A stretch of 61,713 nucleotides of DNA, counting the filler, from Sphacelaria rigidula (taxonomy: Eukaryota): NCBI GenBank assembly GCA_964200075.2. It is 6 parts of 6 records of this genome, joined end to end, with 100 filler letters (N's around TTAATTAATTAA, not from the genome) between each part and the next. Parts side by side here need not be neighbours in the genome. Positions count along the whole stretch, not along the records: positions 41,212 to 51,412 come from CAXNAA020006939.1; positions 51,513 to 61,713 come from CAXNAA020006940.1; 4 more parts are not named here. One strand, given 5' to 3'. Of this stretch, positions 48,816 to 61,657 are shown piece by piece (position 1 is the stretch's first letter; each line of letters starts with the position of its first letter). A model generated the notes under the pieces. The model saw only the letters and a program-made list of their open reading frames with translations, was not told the origin of the DNA and ran no database searches. The translations under genes and the position numbers were made by a program.

Positions 48816-49355
48816 CTCATTCCTGTGAAAGCCTCCGTCGCCTCGCTCCTCATCTCGGCCATGAATTCTGCTATCGGCCCCCTCCGTACAGTCAATAGGC
48901 ATTGTCGCACTCCTCTGCCTTCTCCCTCGGTTGGTATTGTTGTTGGTATTGTCAGATGTTGACCAAGGTGTTGACAACGCATAGAAGGATGATGGGCTCT
49001 GGTTTTGTGTGTCGTTGTGCAAACTTCCATTTCCACTGCCACCGCATCGATCATTGCAGCCAACCCCTCCCACCCCCGACAAAGCGGAACAGTCGGGCAC
49101 AGACTTGCTCCTCGCCCTCTGCTTCGCACCCCCGGTCCCGACGCTGTCACCACCACTATCAGGCAAAGGCCTAGAACCCGTCCCAGGAGTCGTATTACTG
49201 TTAGGTGGTGGGGGTGGTGACTTCTTTTGCTTCTTGGCGTTGTTGTTATCAGCCGATGTTGCGGCCGCAGAGTTGTGTTGCCTCGGCGTACTAGATATTC
49301 CAGATAAGTCGCGGCGCCCTGTGACGGTTTGCCTCAAGCTGGTAAACCTCGGCAT
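48816..49355 (-). CDS. Candidate first exon of a hypothetical protein (low-complexity)
   Basis: ATG plus 180 open codons rich in S/G/N/P/R, ending at donor GAG|GTGGGA. Confidence 0.5.
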
Positions 49356-50478
49356 CGTTGACGTAGAGCAGCTCCCTCACAGAGCTTACGTGCGTCGATG
49401 CGTGTGTGGTTCTCAATGTGGCGGTGATTTAAAGACCTTGATGATGGTTGAGATATCCGTGGAATTGCTGGGTGTGTTGCGTAGGGGGCGTGTGTGTTCT
49501 AGGTGGTGAAGCGGTCAAGTGGTTCAGCACTCTAGCTGCAAAATTTGGATAATAATAGTGGAGATGATCTCCGCTGATATACCCGATATTTTGAGCAGGT
49601 TATGATATGTTTCATACACTTTCCAAGAAGGTGTCGACAATCGAGATATTCATGTGTACCCTAATGTTGGACTCATATCTTTCGAGGGGATATTCGTAGT
49701 TGGTTTGTTCTGAGTGTCTGGAGCGCGATGATTCAGTCCCATGTAGCTTGCGTACCGGTGAGCATTTCCTCTCGTTGCCCGCTGTGATCGGATACTGTGT
49801 ACGCTGCTGCGAATGGCATGGCGCTCTGCGCACATCTGCGAATAAAGCTGCACCTACATCACGTGCCTGGATGCGTTTGAGGTAGGTGATGGTGCTCCAG
49901 TTGGCTCTTGTTTTTCTCTTTTTCGAGGAAATATGCCTGTACCTTACGCGACAAAGTGTAGGACTCCCAACACGTACAGTAACAGCTGCACGTGTCATCC
50001 TCTTTTTTTACCCAGATTTATCTCGCAACTACACAGCGCTGCCCTCTTTTATTTGTCGAAACGATATACTTCAGTTATTTCGGTGACAAGTGGGATGTCT
50101 CAGATGTCCCACTTTGATTTTTCTCGACGAACTACTCGCTGCTGCTCATCAGGGGAGGTATATCCCGTCATCGTGAATACCCCGCTGCTGTGACTGTCTG
50201 TCTCAACACCCTCTCAATCACAATAGTACAGTCTGTGCAAGTACAGTATTGTCATCTGGCAAAATCTCTGTGCTTTATTGGAAGTAGCTTGGAAGTAGGG
50301 TACAACGATACTGCGCTTTCAGTATGGAAGGCAAATGTGTCGTGCGCGTGCGGTCTCTCGGCAGAAGCACAAAAGTACAGCAACAGGTTCAAAACAGTGT
50401 ACAACCCATAATTTCGCGATTTATTTTAGGAGCACCTGGGACGGTCTGCCACCCAAAAGATCCAAATATTGGTGTTGA

Positions 50479-50571
50479 CCCTCAGACCCACGGCGAGAGT
50501 AGGGCATCGGCATCAATTTCACTTGAAAAAAGTATGCATGGTCCAGATCGACTACCCTGGAGGTCTAGGGG
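50479..50571. mobile_element. Diverged piggyBac-type MITE copy
   Basis: ttga|ccctcagacc...atcggcatcaatttcacttgaaaaaagtatgcatggtccagatcgactaccct...ggtctagggg. Confidence 0.65.
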
Positions 50572-50619
50572 TCGAGTCTAGGATCAGGTAATCAACTGTT
50601 CTCACGACCAAAGCGTAAG

Positions 50620-50992
50620 CTGTACCTACAGGTACCCTCTCCTGGTCTTGTCTCCTCTCAACGGACCGTGCATTATTTCCATACTCGATCTCGCAGCGAT
50701 TCATTTGCTGCTGCTCGATATGTCTCCGCCAAAGGTTATGACACAGAGACCATCCCCATGTCATAACCTTTGGTCCCAGCCAGCACGACCGTAGTTCACC
50801 ATATGCACGGTATCCCAGCAGGCTGCGCGGTAGAGTTTGCGTGGATGTGTCGTCATGCCACGACCAGATGCACAGACCTTGGGCTGACAGTCCCGCATGA
50901 TGGTTCCTATCATGCACAGCACCCTGCAGGATGCCTCGGATGTTGCTCAAATGGGCATTGAGCGCAAACTTCATCGAGGATGCCGCATCCAC
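50620..50992 (-). mobile_element. Possible 3' relic of a non-LTR retrotransposon (LINE) ORF
   Basis: TLPRSLL...GPKVMTWGWSLCHNL resembles the RLPRxLL...GxPxxTW motif at the C-terminus of RTE-like LINE proteins. It is degenerate. Confidence 0.4.
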
Positions 50993-51412
50993 GTCCCTTG
51001 CCCGATTGCCGATGGTATACCTCTATCTAGTGAATGTCAGGGATAACGTCGGTTTGCATTCTGGAGGTAGATCCGAAATGTCTGAAGAGACATGATAAAA
51101 CGACGAACGACGAAGTCGCGCGAACCCGCGTCAGACTGATTTATTTATTTTTTTGTCGCACTTTAACTGATCCCCTCAGGGTTCAGCCGTGGTCTCATGA
51201 TAGACGTACCCAAGAAAATGATTGATTGATTGTTTGATTGTCGTACTTTAACTGACGCCCCAGGTATCCAGCCGCGGTCACATGATATTCGGAGATTCGC
51301 TCACTGCTGCACCATCGAACGCGCATCCGACGAACATTGGACGACCCGCACGCCGACGCCCCAGCCCCCCCCCCACCCCCCAACCCCCACCCCACACGCC
51401 CCCACCCCAGCA

Positions 51413-51512
51413 NNNNNNNNNNNNNNNNNNNNNNNNNNNNNNNNNNNNNNNNNNNNTTAATTAATTAANNNNNNNNNNNNNNNNNNNNNNNNNNNNNNNN
51501 NNNNNNNNNNNN
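51413..51512. other. Artificial contig linker
   Basis: N44-TTAATTAATTAA-N44. Confidence 0.97.
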
Positions 51513-51781
51513 AAAAAAAAAATCCACCACCCCCCAAAAAACACCCCCCGGAAAACCCCCCCTCCAATCCCCCCCCCCCCCCCCCCCACAACACCAGCCC
51601 GAAAGTGTCGCGAAAAAAATGGTCATACAGCGCCTCATGTGGGCGACATTAGCGAGAACGAACTCAAGCGTGGGAATTCCCAGCTTCTCGCTGTGCTCGA
51701 CTCTTTCCATTTCGATTTACGTGAAAATTTTGCCTCTCCAAAACAGCCACTTTTTTGGCGGGGGCTATCGTAGAAAGCGTC
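51513..51781. mobile_element. GACACTTTCTACGA-family MITE, left end lost at the contig edge
   Basis: Right TIR gggctatcgtagaaagcgtc; the interior is homologous to 52896-53157 and, inverted, to 26938-27191. Confidence 0.75.
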
Positions 51782-52895
51782 GGGGGTCATTCCTCACGAC
51801 CAAGAGCTTGCTCTGTAGTAGCTGGTCCCCGCGAGAGGCTAACTCTCTTGAGGGCTAGCGAGAGTTTATGTAATACTCCGCACAACATCCACGAATCTAG
51901 GATCTAGACGTGGAGCACATACAGCGCATTTAGCGCCTAAAAAAATACAACTTTCGGCGCGAACCCCCGCAGTGCTTACAACCCCATCATTGGACTGGGG
52001 AAGGGGGTGTACTCAAGATATTTCGTGCCGTTGTCATACGACCATTGACCTTGTATCCTTTCAAAGCCGGGACGGAGCACGCCGGGTTTTCGCCGGACCA
52101 GACTCCGGGAGAGGGGGCGGGGAGGGCGGGAGGGGGGGGGGGGGGGAGACTCATTTGGCGCTTCACCTAAGTTATTTGTGCTTTAACAACGCTTCNNNNN
52201 NNNNNGGCGGTACTCGCGGGAACGCTGCGCCGGGGGGGGGCCGCGGCGGGGGCGGGGGGGGGGGGGGGTGTACTCATTTGTCGCTTGCCTTAATCATTTG
52301 GTCGTTGACCACGCATTCGTGTCGAGACGGGGCACCGTTCCTACTCCTATTAGAGACACCTCCAACACTTGGGTGTGCATGGCGTTTCTTCCATCCATTA
52401 CACAAAAAGGATAAGCGGTATATAAGGGCTAGGTCAGTACGAAAGTCGTGAAAATAACAGGGTCGTTATCCAAATCACAGTCCCGTGGGAGAGGCAGTTC
52501 ATAAATCCCCAGTATAGACTGAGCGAGGAGCCTGTGGATCATGACCTCCCCCGCTAATCCCAATTTCCCAATTCCCATCGACATTGATCCAGTGCTTCGA
52601 TGAGATAGCCCCGTCCTAGCCGCTCACTAATTGAAAGCTTGGTATATTTCGAATATCTGATGCGCAAGACCTTTTCCACCTCATGCCATGTTGCATAGGC
52701 TGGCCATTTCTTAGAGGACGGGATTGTCTTTGCCTTGGTTTGTTCGGTTTGTGTTACTCCTCTGTTCTCCACTGTTATTTAGCAAATATTTCCGTTAGGG
52801 TTATGTTGAGCACGTCTATCATGTGGATGATGACCACGGCTGCATCTGTCGGTGGTCAGTTAATATACAGCAGTCAATCTAGTCACACCATCATG

Positions 52896-53157
52896 GACAC
52901 TTTCTACGATAACCCCCCCCCCAAAAAAAAAAAAATCCCAGCCCAAAAGTGTCACGAAAAATAAAGGTCATACAGCGCCTGGTGTTGAGATTTAGGCTGC
53001 ATTAAGCGCCTCATATGGGCGACATTGGCAAGAACGAACCTAAGCGTGAGAGTTCCTAGCTGCTCGTGGTGCTCGGCTCTTTCCATTTCGATTTGCGTGA
53101 AGATTTTGCCTCCCTAGACCAGGCACTTCTGGGGGGGGAAGCATCGTAGAAAGTGTT
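52896..53157. mobile_element. GACACTTTCTACGA-family MITE in Rab2 intron 1
   Basis: catg|gacactttctacgat...atcgtagaaagtgtt|caag. Confidence 0.8.
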
Positions 53158-53179
53158 CAAGGTCAAGCTACAATTGTAG

Positions 53180-53539
<360 letters not shown>

Positions 53540-54396
53540 TGAACCCGATTCCATGGAACCAAGTGCCTGAATTAAAGTACCATGCGACGGTGTGATGTGA
53601 CTCGTCCATGCTTTGAAGTGTACATATGGTAGAAACGGTTTGGTCATGCTCCATGGTGTGCTCGTAGGTGGGCGCTAGGGGAGGTCGTCGCTCCGTGTTG
53701 TCCCTGGTGAAGAGTAGGAATTATTCTTTTGTCGTCCATCGAATCAGTATAAAAATATATGAGCACATGACGAAAACTTGCCAGTTTTTTTCCTGTAGGG
53801 TATTCTGGCCGAACTCTGGGGTATTCTCGAAAGTATGAAAGAAGGAGGCGGTGAAAGGTGATCACCTGAATAGGCAGATAGCGTAATGGTTGCACACGTC
53901 GGACATATGATAATCCGCCTGAACATCACTTCCTCTCGGTGTACTGATCCGGATCATTTAGCCTCCCTTTCCCATTTTTACTCCGTAAAGCGCCGGACGC
54001 CAAGCACGCCGAGTAGCGCAAAGGCTGTACTTTGACTTTTCTGACTCCGCGGTCACATTGTGTGTGTGTGTGTTTTGGACCGACGGATCCGATAGTTTTT
54101 TAAAAAAATGAAATCATGATCTGTTCGACGTGTGTATGGTTGTGAGATTATGACACATCGTGGTAATCGGCAAATCAGCGCGCGTCTTCAAGTCCATGTA
54201 GCACTGCGATCCGACAAGGTCTCATCCCACGAAATAACAAACTGTGGTCAAGTGCAAGAGTGTAGAAAGTTGAGGGTACTATGTGCGGCGGAATTAGCCA
54301 CAAGAAAACGGATGAGATTAGATTTGCGGTTACAGTCGGTTGTGCCGCGTGGTGCCGCACAAGCTGTAGCACAATTCCCGAGCTCACTTTTCAGTC

Positions 54397-55010
54397 GTTT
54401 TCGATGAAGTTTCGACATGATGTACAGGACGTATATACAAACGTCCCTTCGTTCCTCCCGTGTTTTTTTCTTCTTTTCTTCGTGAGTTATTGGCGACAGG
54501 ACGTTTCAGAACAGTTTTTCGGAACAAAATTACCAATAACTAGAGAAGAAACAAACAAACAAACAAGCAGGGGGAGGGTACGAAGGGGTCGTCGCACATA
54601 CGTCCTGTACATTGTGTCGAAATTTCATCGAAAACAGCTTGAAATTGAACAGCATAAATGCGCTTGAATTATTCATAACTGAGCCATCTCCGTATACAAT
54701 AGGAACCGATTGTCGACGGAATGACGCGAGTCGTGCCTCCAATTTTAGATCATTTTCGAAGAAATTTTGACACGATGTACAGGGCGTATACGCGAAAACC
54801 AAACATTTCCCCCTACGTTTTTTGGTTTTGTCCTACGTGAGTTATTGGCGACGGAACATTTCAGAACAGTTCCCGAACAAAATTGTCAATAACTCACGAA
54901 GAAAAAACAGGGAAAAGATAGGGGGAAAGATTGGGTATTTGCATATACATCCTGTACATCGTGTGAAAATTTCATCGAGGACGACCCAAAATAGAGCGCA
55001 CGACTCGCGT
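54397..55010. repeat. Two adjacent copies of a foldback element (54397-54635 and 54724-55010)
   Basis: Each has arms ...gacacgatgtacagg.cgtat / atacgtcctgtacat.gtg and cgtgagttattgg / caataactcacg around a shared catttcagaacagtt..cgaacaaaatt loop. Confidence 0.8.
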
Positions 55011-55451
55011 TTCAACATTCCTGGTGGCATCTTGGGCGGCCCAGCTTGTAGCGTACGACAATATATGTTCAACATAACGCCTGATTATACCCTCTTTGAA
55101 GCACTCCATACTGAAATCCTATGTGCATCCTCAGCCTCCAGTACGGAACGGAAAAAAACACTACTACCCCCACCACCATTGCTACCAACAGTTCAGTCAA
55201 TAGGACAATAAAATAATGCGTATGTGATTGAATTGGATGGGATGGGACCAGTTCCTTGTTCTGGGGGGTTTTGGACAAAGGGGAGACGATGAATATAATC
55301 AATTGATTACAACATACCCCAAAATTAAATAATTAGTTAACTAATTAATTATTGGTTGAGATTGATTGGATGGGTTGGACGGTGGGTTGAAATATATTTT
55401 TTGGACAAGTGATGTAAACTATCTAGAAGCAACTAAATAAGCATGTATTTC

Positions 55452-55452
<1 letters not shown>

Positions 55453-55485
<33 letters not shown>
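55453..55485. repeat. (TAT)n microsatellite
   Basis: About 11 units. Confidence 0.93.
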
Positions 55486-55486
<1 letters not shown>

Positions 55487-55852
55487 TCCGCACATTATTC
55501 CGATCTCGCGAACCCGTGGTCACAGACGTAGGCTCGCCTTTCCAATACCGTCCTTGCTATTTCTTACAAGACATATTGCCAAAAATAAAAATAAGAAGGG
55601 AGACGCCACCAAAATCGGTGACAAGTAGTATTTTACGCAAATGAGTACAGTTCACCTTAACCAGGCACAAGTCGCGATACATCGTCAGTTGAAACGGGCT
55701 GGAAAGAAGTGAGCTTCTTAGGCGGACCAACCTGTATGTTTCTGGGACGTCGGATGCTGTCGTTATTGTTATTCTGGCGGGGACAGATGAAGCCTCACTG
55801 TTTCCAGCGGAAGTAAAGGGAAAGTCGAGTTTTTGCAGTAATTACTCCACCT

Positions 55853-56232
55853 GTGTGTGTTGTCGTCCCATCTATTCTGGACGCCTGTCTAAACCTTTCG
55901 GTATATGTGGGCGCATCAGCCGGGGTCACACAGGAGGAAGGTCAACACAGAAGCTCCTTCTTTATCTGTTTTTAGTACCCCACCTTCCTTCTGCGGTGCT
56001 TGCCTTTATTTTTACCGCGAGAGGGGTTTTGCCCTTATTTTCATCGCGAGTTGGGTTTAGCAATCCCTTTCCCTCGTCGATCGTCACGTCGCATTTCGTG
56101 TACCCAATACATAGTCGCTCTCGACTGTTAGGCATGGTGTGAGAAAAAATCCCAGGTCGCTCCGAGAATTGAACCCACGACCCAACTGTCAGAAGGTTCC
56201 GAGGTTACCGACTGAGCCACCGGGGCGACCGG
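55853..56232 (-). mobile_element. tRNA-derived SINE, full-length copy in Rab2 intron 2
   Basis: The minus strand reads ccggtcgccccggTGGCTCAGTCGGtaacc...gtcgtgGGTTCAATTC...gatgggacgacaacacacac, with aggtgg on both flanks (TSD-like). Confidence 0.82.
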
Positions 56233-56269
56233 TCCCACCTACATGACCGGAAGGCGCTAAAAAAGCTGA

Positions 56270-56569
<300 letters not shown>

Positions 56570-56582
56570 TAAACCGGGTAGG

Positions 56583-56999
56583 ACACGGGATTTTCACAAA
56601 TTGGGGATGGATTTTTTATTGAGGATGAAAACCCGGAAGATTGAAAATCTTGTAAGTATGGTTCCATTTCTTCACTTCCTGGTAGTTATTGACAATTGAT
56701 TCATGCCATATAAATTTAAATTTCGATAACCGAAATATCAGGGTCCTAGGTGAAACACTAATTTTGAGGTCCGATCGGATCACCTGAATCCCCCCATATT
56801 GATTTCTCACCTATTATAGGACCCCAACATTTCGGTTATCGAAATCCAAAGTTGTGTGGCGTGTAGCACTTGTCAATAGCTACCAGCAAGTGAAGAAATG
56901 GAACCATGTTTTGAAGGTTTGGTGTGGATACGAAGATTTTAATTCTCCGGGTTCTCATCCCCAATAAAATATCCATGCCCAATTTGTAAAATTCCGTGT
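56583..56999. repeat. Diverged foldback element in Rab2 intron 3
   Basis: Arms of ~150 bp pair (e.g. atggttccatttcttcactt / aagtgaagaaatggaaccat and atttcgataaccgaaat / atttcggttatcgaaat). It is homologous to the 40735-41051 element. Confidence 0.82.
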
Positions 57000-57708
57000 T
57001 GTAGCGACATTCATGTGGGGCAGGCACCTCGAGTGTCGTTCGGAAAGCTTTGCTCAAGGCAGTGTGGGGGTCGAACCCACTTCACCCCCCCCCACCAACT
57101 TGGCGCAGTGCACGCGCCGCCGTACTCTCATGAACTTCGGCCATAGGTGTCGCAGTCTGATATTGCTGCTGTCGCAGATGCAAGGTTGGCCGTAAGCATG
57201 ATCCGATGGAAGTTTTTTGAGAGCATGTAGATTATATGTCCCATCCCAACATGGCCTTACCAGGCGACGGCAATTTCTATCAACTTCTGTTTTTGTCAAG
57301 AGTGCCACATACGGGCATGCCTTTCGCTTGAAGATTGAACCGCTACGTTCCAATAAAGTAGCTGGTACACCCATCCGTAACCGAGTTTGAGTCCCGATAA
57401 GTACTTCTTTTTTTTCAATTATCCTCTGAGAGTGGGAGGATGGGAGTAGAAAACGGAGCGCATTTGTTAAGAGCCCATGCGGTGCGAGAGCGTTGGTCAT
57501 GATCCAATTCGCGAAACCAAAGCCTCAGGCATGCACCAGGGGGGGCGGAGAGAAAGGTTGACCCCCGCCCTCGACACTGGGGAATCGTCCCGAGGAGGGG
57601 AGGGAGGAGGGGGTGTACTCATTCGTTGCTTGCCTTAATCGTAAACCATTGAAGAGGGCAGGGGGTGAAAGTAAGACGAGGGGGGGGAGGAAGGACGAGT
57701 ACGCATAG

Positions 57709-57843
57709 CACACCCTGGGCAATCGATACAGTGTCCAAAATGTACTGCGTACAGTATGGGATCTATTGTCTGTTGCAATAGACGCTATAGTCGATACTGT
57801 GTGCAGTAAACTTTTCGGCAAAGTAATCTATCGTCCAGGGTGT
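57709..57843. mobile_element. CACACCCTGG-family palindromic MITE
   Basis: cacaccctgggcaatcgat...atctatcgtccagggtgt. Confidence 0.78.
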
Positions 57844-58291
57844 CTGTCATTCAAAACAACACGAGCCTGGGTTGAAAGTTGGGTCGGCTTGGAGTTGGGT
57901 GTAGATGAGATATCTCGGATTTTCAAAGGCTTGAGGAGTGCGGCGGTGGTTCCACCTGGTCGTCAGCGTGGTCCTACTGACAACTTGGAAAAGCCATACG
58001 GACTGACTGCATCCTCGATGGCACAGCACGTTTCACTGGAAGGGTGAAGTTTCCTTGTAGGATGAGAATTGCGAATTGGGTCTGCACGAAAGGAATAACA
58101 TGAACCAAGTCATTATCCAAATCACAGAATGGTGTGCGCCAGAAAACTATGGCTCACAACGCCCCTCTCCACCCTCTCCCCCTCCGAATATCCCACCGAA
58201 ATGAGCCATGAAAAATCGGATTGTGAAGAAGTCTATCACTAGTGAACTGCAACATTTTTAATGAATTTGATCGAGTTTTTCGTCAATTTAG

Positions 58292-58585
<294 letters not shown>

Positions 58586-58836
58586 TGACAAGACGCGGCC
58601 CACGACCCGGGAACGCACGAATGAAAAACAGCCTTGATTAGTTTTTCTTTCAACTTTCACAAGATTGGCCTTGAAAAGGGGCCTACAGGAAAGTCGCAAA
58701 AGTTTGTATACTGTATATACGTCACACCCTGGACAATGACCATATACGGTTTACGGATGCAACCGTCCTATACTTTATACAGTACATTTTTTGTATATTG
58801 CATCTGTTGACAATATGTCGTGAAGGGTATGGCGTA

Positions 58837-58971
58837 CACACCCTGGACAACAGATTACATCGCTAAAAAATACTGCGTACAGTATCGACTATTACGTCTA
58901 CTGCAATAGACAATAGATCCCATACTGTACGCAGTACATTTTTGACAATGTAATCTGTTGTCCAGGGTGTG
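58837..58971. mobile_element. CACACCCTGG-family palindromic MITE
   Basis: Perfect terminal pairing cacaccctggacaacagattacat / atgtaatctgttgtccagggtgtg. Confidence 0.85.
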
Positions 58972-59320
58972 GTGATATGGTAATGGGGAGCAACTCGGTT
59001 TAGCATACCCAGCCCCGGCCCAATTTCATGAGTCTTCCAAGAGTACAACGCCGCGTAAAAAGCGAAGGTGCCTCCAGCTGCTGCTACGCTACGTGAACGC
59101 AGCGAGTGTAGGTGAAGCTCACTTGAAATTGTGTTTCGTTCGCCGTCAAATTATGTCGTGCAGAATTGGCCACAAACACGTCCAAGTGTTGCGCCTGATC
59201 TTTTCCATTCCATATGCTTCCTGTTTGTTCACTGATGCGTGTGTGTCCCCCCCCCCTCGTCTTCCCTCTTCCCCGCATCCTAATCTATCGTAAAAAAACT
59301 TCCCTGCCGGGCGGAAATAG

Positions 59321-59404
59321 GCGCACGGGATCAAGCTCGGGCCCGCGGCCTCGCTGAACTTCAACAACGCGACACCCGCCGCTGAAAAGGGCAGCTGCTG
59401 CTGA
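59321..59404 (+). CDS. RAB2: Rab2, last exon with the CC prenylation motif
   Basis: aatag|GCG..., AHGIKLGPAASLNFNNATPAAEKGSCC-stop. It is too short for the ORF track but in phase with the previous exon. Confidence 0.93.
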   Translation, partial: AHGIKLGPAASLNFNNATPAAEKGSCC

Positions 59405-60275
59405 CTTGCGTAACATTCGTGTGATTTTGTATGATAGTGTTTCGTTTCCCGTACGATCAATCTCTTTCCTGTGTTTCTTTCACGTTTTTTCTCTCTCTGT
59501 GTCTATTTGTCTGTCTTGTGCGTTCGCTTTCCTGTTCTATTTTGATTATGGTTTACGGCACTAGCATAAACGAAAAAAAATGTAACCAGAGCGGGCTGGA
59601 GGGGGCGGAATTTTGCTAGCCCCTTTTTTTCCCCCCCTCGTTATTGGAGGCATACGGTAGGAATCCATGCGTGCGTATATCCGGAGGTTCATTTCTTCGA
59701 GAGAATTTGCGCGCCTGGCTCGCTGTGTGGTTTCTCTGATGTGAATTTTTTCATCTCCGTTTGCGCCTGGTAGTCTTCTTTTCTGCTAAATATGCTTACA
59801 GGTAGTTTTCAGCCAAAAATCCAAGACTCGTTGCGGTTCCTACAGATGAGTAGTGGTACAACGCAAGAATAATATAGGTTTGGCGAAAAAAGAGAGAATC
59901 GGGGTGTACAAGATGTTTTCTTTCGTCATTTTTCACTGCGGTGGGTGGCCAGCTCCGCATGACCGGACTTTGGCCGGCGTGTGCAATGACCGGACAAAAT
60001 GGTACAGTTGTTTCGGGACTTATGACGAGGCGGGTTCGGCCGCACTACAGAGGGACACCGCACAATAGAGGGACCGCGCTAGTGGAATCCGCCCTAGATA
60101 ACCATCGGTTGGTAGGTTGTGTCGAGGGGGGATGTAATCGGTGCTCTCAGAGGCCTTCCATAAATCTACGACATTATATGGGAGATCGGGGTTTTGCCTA
60201 GAACGGAAAGTGGTCACATGGGGTGTTTGAGTTCGAAAAATCTCCAATTGAGGCAGGCGAACTACATCTCTGCTG

Positions 60276-60840
60276 CACCTACCCTGGTGTTCTTGGGTTT
60301 ATCTGTAGTCTTCGTTGGTCCTCGCGAGCCATTCTGATTTTTTTTTTTTCATATATATATTTTTTCCTCCCCTCATATATCGCAGGTTGGAACACACACG
60401 CAACATCCGCTGCTCTTCTTGTTGGCCAATGATGAGTTGCTGGCATTCAAAATCGTGACCCTAACAAAGGAAAAACCTGCATTCATGACCCCATCAGGAT
60501 AAGGGGTACTATGGAAAGTGGTGGGGCAGCAAAGCAAACAACACCCCCCTCCTACCCACCCACACCTACCCTGGTGTATTTGGATTTATCTGTAGTCTTT
60601 CTTGTCCTCGCGAGTCACTCTGATTTTTCCTTCTTATATTTTCTTTTTCCTCCCCCTCACATATCGCCTCTTGGAACACACATGCAACACCCGCTGCTCT
60701 TCTTGTTGACCAGTGATGAGTTGCTGGCATTCAAAATCGTGACGGGAACAAAGGAAAAACCTGCATTCATGACCGGATAAGGGGTACTATGTCGAGTGGT
60801 GGGGTAGCAAAGTAAACAACACCTCCCTCCTACCCACCCA
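60276..60840. repeat. Tandem duplication, ~287-bp unit, 2 copies
   Basis: cacctaccctggtgt...gatgagttgctggcattcaaaatcgtgac...ggataaggggtactatg...cctcctacccacc starts at 60276 and again at 60563. Confidence 0.9.
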
Positions 60841-61512
60841 TCCCACCCACCCCCAGGCGCCTGACACACTACGGCGCTTGCGTGGCTCATCCGGCGGAAA
60901 CCTGGCATGCTCCGTCCCGGCTTTGTAGGGGTGCAAGGTCGATGGTGTTTTAACTATCATATGCGAGACTATGAGTACATCCCCCCCCAGCCGCCGCCCC
61001 CGTTGCCTGTGGTCCAACTGCAAATATTGCACAGGCACAGAGCAGCACCGAAGTACTTTGCTGTACTCTACGGAAGTGTAATTTCAACAATCTTTGATAT
61101 GGTGAGCGCACCTCCGTCTGAAACGTTTGGATGCACACACGGGAGGCACTCAGAGGGATCGAATCACAACAATGAGGAGGGCTGTTGTTATTCCACATCT
61201 GAAATGTGAGTATTCTTCTCTTCTCGTGCCTCTAGCAATCCGTCGTTTGTTCTGCGCCTGTCGCCGATGTCAAAAGTCAAGACCATAAGGCAGGCTGCAT
61301 CTTCTGCAGAACTTGAGGCTTGGCTGAAAAGGGCATTACATTATCTTTCTTACAAAAATGTGTAAAACAATTTGTAAGAATATGATACCCTTTGAAAACG
61401 ATGTGTCAAAATGTCATACCCTTTGGGCTTGGCGAACGAGCCCCACTGACCGTGCGGGACTGAGGTTGAATCACAACACCACCTGCACGCCAACCTCTTC
61501 GAAGGATGTTCG

Positions 61513-61657
61513 ATTTTTTCAAATTGGTTGTTTTCTCAGGCTATTTCAGATTCGGCATTAGATTTCTGTGACAGAAAACACTCTCGTTTTTTCGGAATAC
61601 TTTTTAGAAAAACAAGCAGAACTTTTCGAAAAACTGCTCAAACCATGACCCCATTAT
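61513..61657. repeat. Dispersed repeat shared with 29268-29409
   Basis: Collinear match with indels. Confidence 0.78.

Noticed and set aside
51513..52270. Biological meaning of the long C/G homopolymers
   Set aside because: They are next to gaps (including N at 52196-52205) and look like low-quality sequence; their lengths are unreliable.
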